Origin: Eledone cirrhosa | Lineage: Eukaryota | Reading direction: 5' to 3' | DNA: 64,000 nucleotides | Assembly: GCA_964016885.1 (NCBI GenBank) | Contig: OZ024761.1 | Location: 12,586,001-12,650,000, forward strand | Shown here: piece by piece, positions 43,311 through 54,530 of the stretch | Layout: the number at the start of each line of letters is the position of its first letter | Position numbering within the stretch: the stretch's first letter is position 1 | Translations under genes and position numbers: made by a program | The notes under the pieces: model-generated | What the model was told of the DNA's origin: nothing | Database searches by the model: none | The model's input: the letters and a program-made list of their open reading frames with translations, nothing else

Positions 43311-43510
43311 TGAAGGCCCGTGGGTGAGTGGTTAGAGAATTGGATTCGCAATCGTGAGGTTGTGAGTTCGATTCCCCGACTAGGCATTGCGTTATGTCCT
43401 TCAGCAAGACATTTTATTTCATGTTATTTCTTCTGCGACCGATAGTTAGTATTAGGAATTGAAAAGGCCAATGGAAACCTAGTTTCCTCGGTCCGATTTG
43501 ACGAAAGTCG

Positions 43511-43512
<2 letters not shown>
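43311..43512 (+). mobile_element. tRNA-derived SINE (family B)
   Basis: tRNA-like head plus tail ttcctcggtccgatttgacgaaagtcg; reverse copies at ~12033-12249 and 17567-17779. Confidence 0.75.
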
Positions 43513-43554
<42 letters not shown>

Positions 43555-43649
43555 TAGGTAATTCCGAACAAAAGGCAAAGGGAAAAAGAGTGCTCTATGT
43601 ATAGAACAGAGCTATTTAATTAGAAAGTGAACAACACAAAATATAACTA

Positions 43650-43717
43650 CTCCATTACCAAAGGTTTCTGGAGGCCAGACAATATTAATATACGTCTGGA
43701 TCGGTCATCAGACAGAG
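43650..43717 (-). ncRNA. Type I hammerhead ribozyme motif (same repeat family as 1768)
   Basis: ctctgt-CTGATGA-[ccagac..gtctgg]-GAA-ACC ttt GGT-A-atggag; stem I has two G-U pairs. Confidence 0.6.
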
Positions 43718-44589
43718 ATGTTACGGATAGAAAGTATGAAATGAGATTTAAAATCTGTTAAAAATTGGAAGTGGGGCTGGAAAAGTAACGGGAAATATAC
43801 ATAAGAAAAAATATATATATAGCACTTCGTTCTTTTTATTGTTATTAGTATATATTTATCAATATACTACTAAAACTCTGTGATTGTGTGCTTGTCTGTA
43901 ATTTAATACAGCCAAAACGGCGCATAATAATGGGAAAATAACTTTGAAAGAAAGTTGCCCCTGAAATGGGAATACAAATGAAATAAAACAAATTTCGCGT
44001 ATATCAGAGCACAGGTTCCCAAGATACGGGTTTTTTTCCGGGTACCTTCACAAATAGGTTTATATATTTTCAAAACTCTTTCGTCATGCATTCTGTGACC
44101 GCCTCAGTGACTGATTTCTTATTTTGTGTCACTCCTTTGTTTTACCCTACACCGTTTTGTTTTTGTGTGCTGTGTGCTTGGTTTGTGCATGCGTTACATC
44201 CGGCTGTGTCTATTTTTATTTATTTATTTATGTGTTTATTTAATTGTCACTAGTTTTTTGTTCTATCTGTGTGTGTCTAGGGGTAATCACAGTAAGTAAC
44301 TCAATACATTAGTAGAGTGTATACAACAAATTTAATATAGAAATAGCTTCTATAGGACTAGAACTGTTTCATTTGAAGGAAATCATCAGGAAAGCCCCGA
44401 TGATTTCCTTCGAATGCAACAGTTCTAGTCGTGTAGAAGCCATTTCTATATTCCATTTGTTATATATATATATGGAGTAGTTATATATTGTGTTGTTCAC
44501 TTTTTCATTAAATAGCTCTGTTCTATATATAGAGCTCTCTTTTTTTCCTTTGCTTTTTCTTCGGAATTACCTAACATATCTACATATAT

Positions 44590-44630
<41 letters not shown>

Positions 44631-44821
44631 GGTTTGAGGTTCACCACTGTATAGAGCTGGTCTATTCCGTATGGTCAATCGTAATGCAATAATATAGAGA
44701 GTACTCAACGTAAAGCAGTTCAACCGTCTTTGTTTTTGTAGTTGGTGGTGCTATTACGGAGTTAAATATTATAATGAAATGACAGGAGGCTGGATTTGTG
44801 TAAATCCTTGAAAGGTTTATT

Positions 44822-44879
44822 ATACTATGATCATTTCAATGACCGGGTTCCGTATGAATCCGGTGATATCATCAGGTAT
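44822..44879 (-). ncRNA. Minimal type I hammerhead motif, palindromic stem III
   Basis: atac-CTGATGA-[accgg..ccggt]-GAA-A tgatca T-A-gtat, then AATAAA. Confidence 0.65.
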
Positions 44880-47120
44880 TCGAAATATAATACGTGAATG
44901 TAATAGGTAAAATCCATGGGGCTGAAAATCGAGACCCGAGGGCGACCGCTATTCTGTTCCTTCAGCCTCAGCCGGTCGCCCTGGAGTGACGTGGCTAAAT
45001 TTTATAGTATGCTACTACCGGTCAGATGAACGAAAACAGAAAGAGATGGGAGCATAGGTTAACGTCGATCCCATGACACAAGGTAAAAGAAAGAAAGAAA
45101 GGAAGAAGAAGAAGGGGGAAGAAAGAAGAAGAGAAGTCAGGGTTAATGTCAGCTAAAAGAGGAAGGTAACTACTACTGGTCAGATATAGGCAAGCAAGAG
45201 GGGGAAGGAAGATAAGTCTGCGGGAGGAGGAGAGGAGAGAAGGAAGGGAAGAGAGAAGTAGAAAAGTAAGGGTTGATGGCTACAAGAAGGAAGATAGAAA
45301 GGAAGAGGAAGAAAGGTCGATATTAATGTCAGACCACAGACAAGCCAGGAGTGGCGCGAGAAAATTTTCACAGGGACCCGCATCTTAGCGGAGATGAATA
45401 TATTGGGAGTCAGTGTTTTACAGTGTTTAGACTTCTAGGATGAAGTTAAAAAAATTTAATAATCAATATTCAATATTAAAGAGGTTAGAAAATTTAAAGT
45501 TCAACAGTTTAACAATTAATTATATAATAGTTCCGATTTGTTCTGTAATTTAAAGGTACTATTTGGCGGTTAAAACAACGGCCGCGCCCCGGGCCCCATG
45601 GCGAATTAAGCCACGCCGAGTATTTTCATTTACTGAAAGAAGGGGAAATTTATTTTTCCAAGCACTCCAGGTGAGCTCGTTCGCCAGGGAGCTGGTCGCG
45701 CCGCCATTAAAACCCACCCAACAGTCCGACAGAAAGTTGGAACTTTAAAATTTAGCTTAGAGAAGTAAAAGAGTAATGGTTGATAGCTACAAGAAGGAAG
45801 ATAGGAAGAGAGAGGAAGGAAGGTCGATATTAATGTCACACCACAGTCGGGCCAGGAGTGGCGCGACAAAATTTTCACAGGGACTCGCATCTTAGCAGAG
45901 GTGAATATATTGGGGGTCAGTGTGTTACAATGTTTAGACTTATAGGATGAAGTTAAAAAATTAATAAATTAATAATCAATATTCCATATTAAAGAGGTTA
46001 GAAAATTTAAAGCTCAACAGTTTCAGGTTGATATATATAATAGTTCCGATTTGTTCCGTAATTTAAAGGTACTATTTGGCGGTTAAAACACCGGCCGCGC
46101 CCCGGGCCCCATGGCTAATTAAGCCACGCCGAGTATTTTCATTTACTGAAAGAAGGGGAATTTATTTTTCCAAGCACTCCAGGTGAGCCCGTTCGCCAGG
46201 GAGCTGGTCGCGCCGCCGCTAAAACCCACCCAACGGTCCGACAGAAAGTTGGAACTTTAGAATTTTGCTTAACTCTATCGGATGAAGTTGAAAGAATTCA
46301 GAATAACATTATGAAACTAAGGAGTAAGAGGATTGAGAATTGAACAAACAGAAAATTGAAGATTAGACATTCAAATAACTTCTATGAGGTTTTGGGTTGC
46401 GGGGTTTAATTAAATAGTCTTTTATGAAGAAACGTTAATTGTATTATGTAGATCTGTAATTTATCCTAGTGGGATGTAGAGTACGGGATATAGTCGTGTA
46501 ATGTTTAATTTTTGTTCTCAGGAGGAGACATTCTAGTGTCGTGTGCTAATGGGTACAGGTCCCAATGTGAGGAGTAGAAATACATGGATACATAGAAGTG
46601 GAATACGTGGAAGAGCACATTGGTACAGCAGAGGTATAAATATATAAACATATCAATATATAGGTATAAACATGTAAATAAACCAACAAGAGTGGTGTTG
46701 GAGTAAGATGGAGAAATCAGGACATTAATACAGCAAACAAAGATGTGAAGATATAGATAAACAAACAATAGTCGTTGTCTAGTAAATGTAGAGTTCAAGA
46801 GACAGGAGAAATACAATATAGTTCAGGTTGCGGTATTTATGTTCCCAGGGGGAAATATTCCAGTGACGTGTGCTGAGGGTACACGCGAGTAAAAGTCCGA
46901 ATAAGGGAAGTAGAAAGTACATGGATGTATAGAGGTAGAATACGTGGAGGAGCATTAATACAGCAAATAAAGATGTAAAGATATAAATAAACAAACAATA
47001 AACAAACATATATATATATATATTGAGGGCGGCCGACCGAGGTAGAAGCTGCTAAATAGTCGGTCGTCCTCTTGTCTCTGATTTTCAGCCCCATGGATTT
47101 TATCTGTTATATTCCTTTGT

Positions 47121-47182
<62 letters not shown>

Positions 47183-47442
47183 TTTCTTTATTAACCACAA
47201 GGGTTTACATAAAGTAGACATTAAGGACAGTGCAGGACAATGCAGGACGGTACAAATGGGCATTTCTGCGTGTAAAAAAACAAAAACAGAGGATGTAACA
47301 AAAATAACAATGAAAATAACAATGAAAAATTCCCCAATAGGGGGGAGACTTCGGAGGGACATTTGTGGAGAAAGCCCAGTAAAAAGCCACAATGACCCTG
47401 ACCACCAAGGCAAGTGCCCTCTCCCAGTTTTCCACCTTTAGT

Positions 47443-50400
47443 TTACAGATATATACTCAGAGTCGGTCCATTCACTCGGGCCATTCTTGCTTCTCTCACC
47501 CATCTTTCAACAAAATGCTGGGAAGAGAGCACTTCCTTCTCTACTCTGATTTTCCTTTTCAAATGAAATTTGAAAAAGTCAATCAGAGCATCACCGAAGA
47601 GGTAAGTGCTCGTCTTCAGCCCTTTCAAACGTGTCCACCATACTATCTCTTTCGCCATGGCCATCAGACAGATAAAAACTGCCTGCCCTTCCCGGCTAAA
47701 GGAGGAGGGCGGGGCAATCCTCACGATAGACTCAGATGATAGCTGGATCCGTCCTAAACGCGACAGCAGGTGTTCGACATAAACCCACAAGTCAGCAATT
47801 TTCGGACACTGGACGAGTGCGTGCAGGACGGTTTCGTCGCCCTGCGCGCATCTCGGACATGCCCGGCTGACGGCACCTCCATGCCTGTAGAGTTTATCCC
47901 GAACTGGCAAGGCTCCTCGGTAGCACTGCCAGGCCAGAGATTTCTGGAAGTTGTCCATAGGCCCTGGCCCGAAAGTTCTTCCGAAGAGATTGGCTAGTTG
48001 ATTTTCGTCGACGCCTAGAGTTTCCCCAAGTACGTCGTCGCTCTTCCCCTCCACTAATCCTCTATAGAACGCCGAGGTGGAGTTTCCACCGATCACATTG
48101 CCCGATTGGTCGAGGGCTGTGAGCGCCTGAAGACATTCCAGTCTCCAGGCGCTCCCTCTCGGTCTTCGCTTGACCCAGGACTGCAGCTCCGTCAAGGAAA
48201 CGAGCTGGGGAAAAACGCGTCTAGCAAACGGCGACCACACCTGATCACCGTCGAGGAAGAGGTGGAGATGTCGTAGCCTGAGCGCGTGCCTGCGCATCAT
48301 CAGCCACGGCATGCCCAGCCCTCCACGTAGCGGGTGTTGACAACAGATGGACCGCCTGACCATCGGAGCACGTCCCTTCCACAAAAAGCGAAAGAGCAAA
48401 CGCTCCAGCGCAGTCAGGCGAGGCTTAGGACAAGGTACGACGGTTAGGCGGTAGCAGATGACAGACGCGATGTACGCGTTAGCCACCTCCGCTCGACCTT
48501 TCAGGGATAGCTTCCTCTCCGCCCATTTCTGGGTGAGAGAAGCCACCCTGCTCGTCACCTCGTCCCAGTTTTTGTCCGTCTGGAGGTCCGGACCGAACCA
48601 GACCCCTAGCAATTTAACCGGTCCGTCCGTCCAGCGCCCGACGACGCTGTTGGACGGCATGGACCTGCCTCTCCAGGTGCCGAGCTGCAGGCCCACTGAC
48701 TTTTCCTGGTTGATCATTGCTCCTGTCACCGCTTCGTATTCTCTTAGTGTAGTGCCGATCGCCTCGATGTGTTTGGCGTTCGACACCACTACGGTGACAT
48801 CGTCCGCATATGCTGACACGGATCTTCCGCATCCTAGTTCGCGCGGGACTCCCCTCAACGTCTCCAGTTTGTGCAGTAATGGCTCGAGAGTCAATACGTA
48901 CAAGAGGGACGAGAGGGGACATCCTTGGCGGACCGAGCGCATGATGTTGAACGGTTCCGACAGGTGACCGTTCACTCTCACCACAGAGCAGATGTCGCTG
49001 TGCATGGCAGCGATCCAGCCTCTGAAGACGGGCCCAAAGCCAGCCGCCCTCAGGACTGCCGCTAGGTAACGATGGTCGACCCTATCGAAAGCTTTCGACT
49101 GATCTAAATTGATCAAGGACCCACCCGTGCCAGGTTCCCTAGCTACCCTCTCTACGATGTATCGCATGAGGTGGAGGTTGTCGTGGATGGATCTGTCGGG
49201 AATGGCGCATGTCTGCGCCTCTCCCACCAGACCACCAACGACAAGCGCCAACCTCTTTGCTAGCACCTTGGCCAAAATCTTAAACTCTGTGTTTAGCAGA
49301 GTTATGGGCCGGAAATTGTCTATGTTATCCCCCTTGTTCGGATCCTTTCTCAGCAGTGCCACCGCTCCTCGGCTCACAGAACTGGGAATTCTCCCGTTCT
49401 GTTGCCAGTTGCAGTAGACGTCCGCCAAGAGGCCTCCGAACAAGTCTGGCATCTGTACGTAAAGTTCATAGGGCAGACCATCCAAACCAGGCGATTTACC
49501 CCTTGTGCAGCCAGTCATTGCCTCCCGTACTTCAGCGGCTGTTATCGGCTTTTCGCAACACCTCGCCTCAGTGGCCGAGAGCCGCGGCAGCCCGTCGAGG
49601 TAGACACTAAAGTCCATCCCTCTACCCGGCCCCCCGCTGCCCCCGAACAGCTGAGCGAAGTGTCGCTGAAAAGCTTCACACATTTGCCCGGGATCGAGTA
49701 GCATGCGCCCGTCGTGGTCCACCAAAGACCGGATCGTGGCTTTGTTGCCACGACGCGCCTCCGCCACTCGGGCCCATTGAACGGCTTTCGTCCCCTCGTG
49801 TCTGAGAGCACGCACCCTAGCTCTGACAACGCAGCCTTCGTGCTTTGCATTGAAGAATTGGTCAAGGGCCAATTTCGCCGCAAGCACGTCGGTCGCAATG
49901 CCTTTGCTAAGCGCCTCGTCTAATTTTCTAACTAGTTCTCCCTCTGCTCTATTTTTCTCTATTGCTAAAGCCTTACTAAACCTAATCGATTCTATTCTAA
50001 TCGCTCTTTTCAGAGCAAACCACCACTTGTTGTTGACGATGGCCCCCGTCAACGCCCGCTTAACTAGTTCGCTAATCCGGTCTCTGTAGGCCTTGCGCGC
50101 TGGTAAGGACGCGTTTAGCTTCCAGTAGCCGGGTCCTCGTCTATGAAGCCTATCTAAGTCAAGCACACAGGTCACGAATTTGTGGTCCGTGTAGCTGACT
50201 ATCTTGAATTGTGGACAGCCTATGCTAGACCTATCTATTTCCCTACAAAATACTCTATCTAGATATGATCTGGATGACCCTATGCGGTTTGTCCAAGTCC
50301 ACATTGGCACATTCGGGAAATCCAATCGGTACCTGTCAGACAGTTCAAAACGCCTGAGCAGGTTGGTGAGGCTCTTGCACCCTCCACCCCTATCCGCTAA

Positions 50401-50862
50401 TCCCACACAGTCCCAGCGTGCATCTAAGATCCCGTTCCAGTCGCCCACTAACACTAAAGAGCGGGACGTTCCAAGAAAGGTCTCCAGACGCCGGAAGAAA
50501 TCAGGCCGCCCTGCTCCTGTCGGGGCATAGACGGCCACTAGCCTGAAAGCTTGCCCGTCTCCGCTGGTCACGTCCAGCACCACCAGCTTACCCTCTGGGT
50601 CCAGGAAGATGGCCCGTATGGCGAGATCCAAATCTCTCCGAAAAAGCACAGCAACTCCTCCACCCGATCCAGGACGGCTGGGAGATGCGTACACATCGTA
50701 GCCGCCGAAGATCGGTGCGAAGGCCCGTGCTTCGGAGATTCTGGTCTCGCTGATGGCCACTACATCTATGTTTAGTGACCTGAGGTCGTTGAGCAGGTGA
50801 CCCTGCTTCCATGACGACCCCAAGCCACGCGCATTTATGCTGCCTATTCTGAGTGAGGTCAT
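47443..50862 (-). CDS. LINE ORF2: APE endonuclease, reverse transcriptase and C-terminal Cys/His zinc-binding motif, 1139 aa, uninterrupted
   Basis: SINARGL, SET, VYAP, GDWN, SYLDR, TDH (APE); FRPITLLN, LDQSKAFDRV, RQGCPLS, YADD (RT); CPRC...ETVLHALVQC. Confidence 0.95.
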   Translation of the reverse strand: MTSLRIGSINARGLGSSWKQGHLLNDLRSLNIDVVAISETRISEARAFAPIFGGYDVYASPSRPGSGGGVAVLFRRDLDLAIRAIFLDPEGKLVVLDVTSGDGQAFRLVAVYAPTGAGRPDFFRRLETFLGTSRSLVLVGDWNGILDARWDCVGLADRGGGCKSLTNLLRRFELSDRYRLDFPNVPMWTWTNRIGSSRSYLDRVFCREIDRSSIGCPQFKIVSYTDHKFVTCVLDLDRLHRRGPGYWKLNASLPARKAYRDRISELVKRALTGAIVNNKWWFALKRAIRIESIRFSKALAIEKNRAEGELVRKLDEALSKGIATDVLAAKLALDQFFNAKHEGCVVRARVRALRHEGTKAVQWARVAEARRGNKATIRSLVDHDGRMLLDPGQMCEAFQRHFAQLFGGSGGPGRGMDFSVYLDGLPRLSATEARCCEKPITAAEVREAMTGCTRGKSPGLDGLPYELYVQMPDLFGGLLADVYCNWQQNGRIPSSVSRGAVALLRKDPNKGDNIDNFRPITLLNTEFKILAKVLAKRLALVVGGLVGEAQTCAIPDRSIHDNLHLMRYIVERVAREPGTGGSLINLDQSKAFDRVDHRYLAAVLRAAGFGPVFRGWIAAMHSDICSVVRVNGHLSEPFNIMRSVRQGCPLSSLLYVLTLEPLLHKLETLRGVPRELGCGRSVSAYADDVTVVVSNAKHIEAIGTTLREYEAVTGAMINQEKSVGLQLGTWRGRSMPSNSVVGRWTDGPVKLLGVWFGPDLQTDKNWDEVTSRVASLTQKWAERKLSLKGRAEVANAYIASVICYRLTVVPCPKPRLTALERLLFRFLWKGRAPMVRRSICCQHPLRGGLGMPWLMMRRHALRLRHLHLFLDGDQVWSPFARRVFPQLVSLTELQSWVKRRPRGSAWRLECLQALTALDQSGNVIGGNSTSAFYRGLVEGKSDDVLGETLGVDENQLANLFGRTFGPGPMDNFQKSLAWQCYRGALPVRDKLYRHGGAVSRACPRCAQGDETVLHALVQCPKIADLWVYVEHLLSRLGRIQLSSESIVRIAPPSSFSREGQAVFICLMAMAKEIVWWTRLKGLKTSTYLFGDALIDFFKFHLKRKIRVEKEVLSSQHFVERWVREARMARVNGPTLSIYL

Positions 50863-50897
50863 GTTTAAAATAGAGTGGAAAAGATGGGAAAGACCAC

Positions 50898-52325
50898 TTA
50901 CCGTACTTTTGGTAGAGGAGGGATGGTTTTTACATCCCTTTTCACTTGATCGTCTGGTGAAGGGACCGTTGAATCGTCCCTTCGGCTGGTCGTCGGCTCT
51001 TCTAAGAGAATGTCTGAGTATACTCTTCGATTGATGGTTCCTCCTAGGTCCCTGAAATCACCAACTGCGTTGGGGAATTTCGTTTTAATATTTGTGTATT
51101 GTTTCTGTGCTATTTTTAGCAGTCTTATGTTAGTTGGCGTTTTGATTGGTGCTGGTATTATGTAGTCCTGTTGTGAAATGTCTGTGTGTTCAATTATGTA
51201 AGTCATTAGTTTCTTGTTGTGTGTATTTATTGCCGTGCATTTGTTTTTCTGGGGGTGGGGTGTGGTTCTGCTATTTTCTTGTCGTTGTTGCTGGGTGTGT
51301 GTGTTTTGTTGTTGTGTTTGCGATGTTGGTGCTTGTGGTGGTGGTGTTGAAGGTGTTGTTGGCGGTGGGGTTGTCGCCGGTGGTGATGGTGGCGCTAGTG
51401 TGGGTGGTGATGGTGTTGGTGTTGTTGCTGCTGTGGGTCTCTTTGCAGTAGACTTTACCCTTTTCTCATTTCTTTCCTCCCTTTTCAAAGGCGACGATGC
51501 GCTGCTTCTGCGTTTGTGCCTTCTTACGACCTTTTGCCATCTCTCTCCCACCTCACACTCCATGTCTGATTCTGTGAGGTCGGGGAGGGGTACCAACTCC
51601 ACTCTTTCACTTGTTGTTGTTGGTGATGTTTGCACTGGAGTCTCTGTTGCAGCTGCATTTGGTATTGCTGTTGTTGTTGTTAGTATTTCCACTGCTGCTG
51701 CTGTTTTTGATTTCCGTGGAGTGGGTATGGGTGCCACGGGCCTATCGTTCCTGGTTGCCGCTTGTCCTGTTGCTGGTAGCCGTGGAGCCGGATTCGGAAG
51801 GAGGGGGGTTTTCTCCTTTCTCAGGGTCTTCTCGTTGCAGAAGGCCCTGAGGTGAGTCTTCGATCCACAGCGAAAGCATTTCGGGCGTTTGCCCTCAACA
51901 CTTATGGGCAGTTGAGTGCCGTTATCGAAGTCTATCACATCCGGGATAGCTTCGATGCACTCCTGGTTGGTTTGGATTAGCATCTCAATGGAGGAGCCGA
52001 CCCAATCTTCTCTTACTTTTTTCTGTACTTGCAGTACAGTTGTTTTGTCCTCGATTCCGACGAGGACAGACGCGGCCAGCCAAGAAGGGGTCATTCCGGG
52101 GGGGACGTGGGTCAGTTTGACCCTCACAATTTTTTGCCCACAGTAGGAGGGCACCAACACCATTTCCTCGCTCCTTAGGGTCACTACTGATTGGGCCTTT
52201 GCCTCCTGGGGTGTGGCAAAAAGTACGTCTACGGTGGCATATTTTTTGCCTCGGGTGATGTGCGTTTTCCGCTGCCACACAGACCCCAAGGCTTTTTGTA
52301 TTTGGGCCTCTGTGGCTCTTTCCAC
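50898..52325 (-). CDS. LINE ORF1, 3' part (gag-like, CCHC knuckle)
   Basis: CFRCGSKTHLRAFC zinc knuckle directly upstream of ORF2; the frame is open upstream to the A7T6 run near 52390. Confidence 0.8.
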   Translation of the reverse strand: MERATEAQIQKALGSVWQRKTHITRGKKYATVDVLFATPQEAKAQSVVTLRSEEMVLVPSYCGQKIVRVKLTHVPPGMTPSWLAASVLVGIEDKTTVLQVQKKVREDWVGSSIEMLIQTNQECIEAIPDVIDFDNGTQLPISVEGKRPKCFRCGSKTHLRAFCNEKTLRKEKTPLLPNPAPRLPATGQAATRNDRPVAPIPTPRKSKTAAAVEILTTTTAIPNAAATETPVQTSPTTTSERVELVPLPDLTESDMECEVGERWQKVVRRHKRRSSASSPLKREERNEKRVKSTAKRPTAATTPTPSPPTLAPPSPPATTPPPTTPSTPPPQAPTSQTQQQNTHTQQQRQENSRTTPHPQKNKCTAINTHNKKLMTYIIEHTDISQQDYIIPAPIKTPTNIRLLKIAQKQYTNIKTKFPNAVGDFRDLGGTINRRVYSDILLEEPTTSRRDDSTVPSPDDQVKRDVKTIPPLPKVR

Positions 52326-52342
52326 CCTACGGGATTTTGTAC

Positions 52343-53029
52343 TTACTGTACGGTACGTGACCGTACAGTGCTCTTGGGTTTCGAAAAAATTTTTTTCGCT
52401 GCCTTGCAGATTGCTCGGTGTCCAGTCTTTGTCACCATCTTCTTCGCTTCCTCTAATTCCTCATTTGTTATGAGGATTGTTTCCAAGTTTTTCGCAATAC
52501 CTGCAAATGAGATTGGTTTTTCTCTGCTGTTGTTGTTGTCGTCAGAGCTGCTGGTACTTTTGTTGTTGCTGCAGGTACTACGACTACTGCCTCCGCCGCT
52601 GTTGCTGTGGTTGTTGTTGGTGTTGCTGCTGCTAATGCTGTTGTTGTTTATGCTGCTGGTGATGCTGTTGCGGCTGCTACTGTTGTTTTCATTGTCACTG
52701 TTGCTGTTGTTATTACGGCTGCTACTGCTATTATTCCTGACGTCAGACGAATGAACTGGGTTTTCGTATTTCCCGCACACCTGTTTCGTCGCTGTCGTCG
52801 TCGTCGTGGAGAGACCTTGCACGCTTTGCACGAGACTTTTCTTTTCTTTCGTCACTTGCGAAAGAGAAGGGAGGGAGAGAGACACATTTAAAGAAGGGAG
52901 GGAGAGAGACAATCTTCTCTCTGCTGTAGTGATGATTGAGGAAGAAGAAGACGGAATGAGTGGGAGTGACGTATGAAATTTCTTTTTCGTAGCCATGTTT
53001 TTTTGTTTAAAATGAAATTTTGGGTACAA
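52343..53029 (-). CDS. Probable 5' part of LINE ORF1, separated by a one-base frameshift
   Basis: 228-aa Ser/Asn-rich ORF with an SFAGIAK motif; overlaps the ORF1 reading frame around a homopolymer at 52384-52396. Confidence 0.55.
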   Translation of the reverse strand: MYPKFHFKQKNMATKKKFHTSLPLIPSSSSSIITTAERRLSLSLPSLNVSLSLPSLSQVTKEKKSLVQSVQGLSTTTTTATKQVCGKYENPVHSSDVRNNSSSSRNNNSNSDNENNSSSRNSITSSINNNSISSSNTNNNHSNSGGGSSRSTCSNNKSTSSSDDNNNSREKPISFAGIAKNLETILITNEELEEAKKMVTKTGHRAICKAAKKIFSKPKSTVRSRTVQ

Positions 53030-53230
53030 AACCCCAATAACTGGTTATTTAACCCCGAAGGGCCAAATAACGGACAGAAAGACCCCTCTCACGAGGAGGA
53101 GGGTGTCTTTATCAACAATTTGGTTCAAGTTTTAAACAATTTACAATTGTTTTAACGGTTAAAAATTACTATACCTTACAGAGCCGAGCCTCCGTCAACC
53201 ATGGCATTCAATAATAATAATAATAATAAT

Positions 53231-54465
53231 GAAATTATTGTGTACAGTGCTCAGGTGCACTACAACTCATCAAAGGTGCATGTATAGTACATAGAATAAT
53301 GTACAAATGTCAGGAAAATGAACAGTGTACGAGTCATGATATAATAACAATAACAATAATGAAATATTGTGTACAGTGCCCAGGTGCACCACAACTCATC
53401 AAAAAAAGTGCATGTACAGTACATAGGGCAATGCACAAACATCAGTAGATGATCAGAACATGATGAAAACATGATACACACATGTGTGCATGTGCATGGA
53501 AGGGGTACATCAGGTGTAGTTTTGGCGTATTTCGGGAAGCATGAGTGTCTTAAAGGATGCAGTGTCTCGGCAGCTAACAATTGACGCAGGCAGTTTGTTC
53601 CATGCTTCAGCAACTCTGAGCGTGAAAAAATGTCTACGAAAGTCATGGGAGCTGTGCTGTTTTCTGATCTTGTAGGCATGTCCACGTGTGTTAGACACAT
53701 GGAGATCAAAGAGGCGCTCAGGGTTGCAATTGGTGAGATGGTTAAAAACTTTGTGGGTATTCACCAAGTCCATTGCCAGACGTCGGAGCTTCAATGAATC
53801 CATGCCCAGGGAAGCAAGGTGTTCAGAGTATGGTAGGTGTCTGATGGAGGGTATGCGCTTGGTTGCACGTCTCTGAACAGTTTCCAGGAGGTCAATGTTC
53901 TGAGCAAGATAGGGGTTCCAGACTGATGATGCGAATTCCAAGTGTGGTCGTACCATAGCTGTATACAGTTTTAAATAGATGGCTGGAAAGCGGCTAACAA
54001 AGGTCTTGCTGAGTGATGCCAAGACACCCTCGGCCTTCTTGACAATCTTAGAGACATGCTTTGTCCAACGCAAATCGTTGCTGACAGTAATGCCCAGGTC
54101 ACGTTCACAAGAGGACTTTTTGATATCAGTGTTGTGGAGGGAGTATGTGGACGCTGGATTTTTCCTTCCAAAATGCATGGTGGTACACTTGTCCACAGCC
54201 AGCTTCAGTTCCCAGTCTGTGATCCATTGCTGCATTGTGTCCAGGTCTGATTGTAGGAAAGAGTTGTAAATTTCAGGATCAGTCCTTTTGATTTCAAGGT
54301 ACAGCTTGATGTCATCTGCATATTTTAGTACCGTGGCATTCTGTAAGTTGGCATCTATGTCGTTAATATATGCCACAAACAAAAGAGGACCAAGAACAGA
54401 TCCCTGTGGTACACCAGATGACATCTCATATGGTGAAGAATGCTGTCCTAGAACCGTGACTACTT
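53231..54465 (-). mobile_element. 5'-truncated CR1/L2-group LINE (RT C-terminal half, 3'UTR, (ATT)n tail)
   Basis: SGVPQGSVLGPLLF, YADD, ERDLG, VRPHLEF, WNKLP; 3'UTR ends atttc(att)n. Same family as 33010-33940. Confidence 0.88.
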
Positions 54466-54472
54466 CTTTCGA

Positions 54473-54530
54473 ATACCTGATGATGTCACCGGAATCATAC
54501 TGAACCCGGTCATTGAAATGATCATAGTAT
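54473..54530 (+). ncRNA. Minimal type I hammerhead motif (inverted partner of 44822-44879)
   Basis: Same core and stems on the opposite strand. Confidence 0.65.

Larger units (their letters stand above)
47181..53209 (-). mobile_element. Full-length non-LTR retrotransposon, Tx1/L1 group
   Basis: 5'UTR, ORF1 (split), ORF2 and a 3'UTR with AATAAA near 47190. Bounded on both sides by (AAT)n (47121-47180 and 53210-53230). GC-rich relative to host. ORF2 motifs GPGYWKLN, GKSPGLDGLP and KLSLKGR are typical of Tx1/L1. Confidence 0.9.

Noticed and set aside
48458-52891. Plus-strand ORFs overlapping the LINE
   Set aside because: Antisense shadows of GC-rich coding sequence; no motifs.
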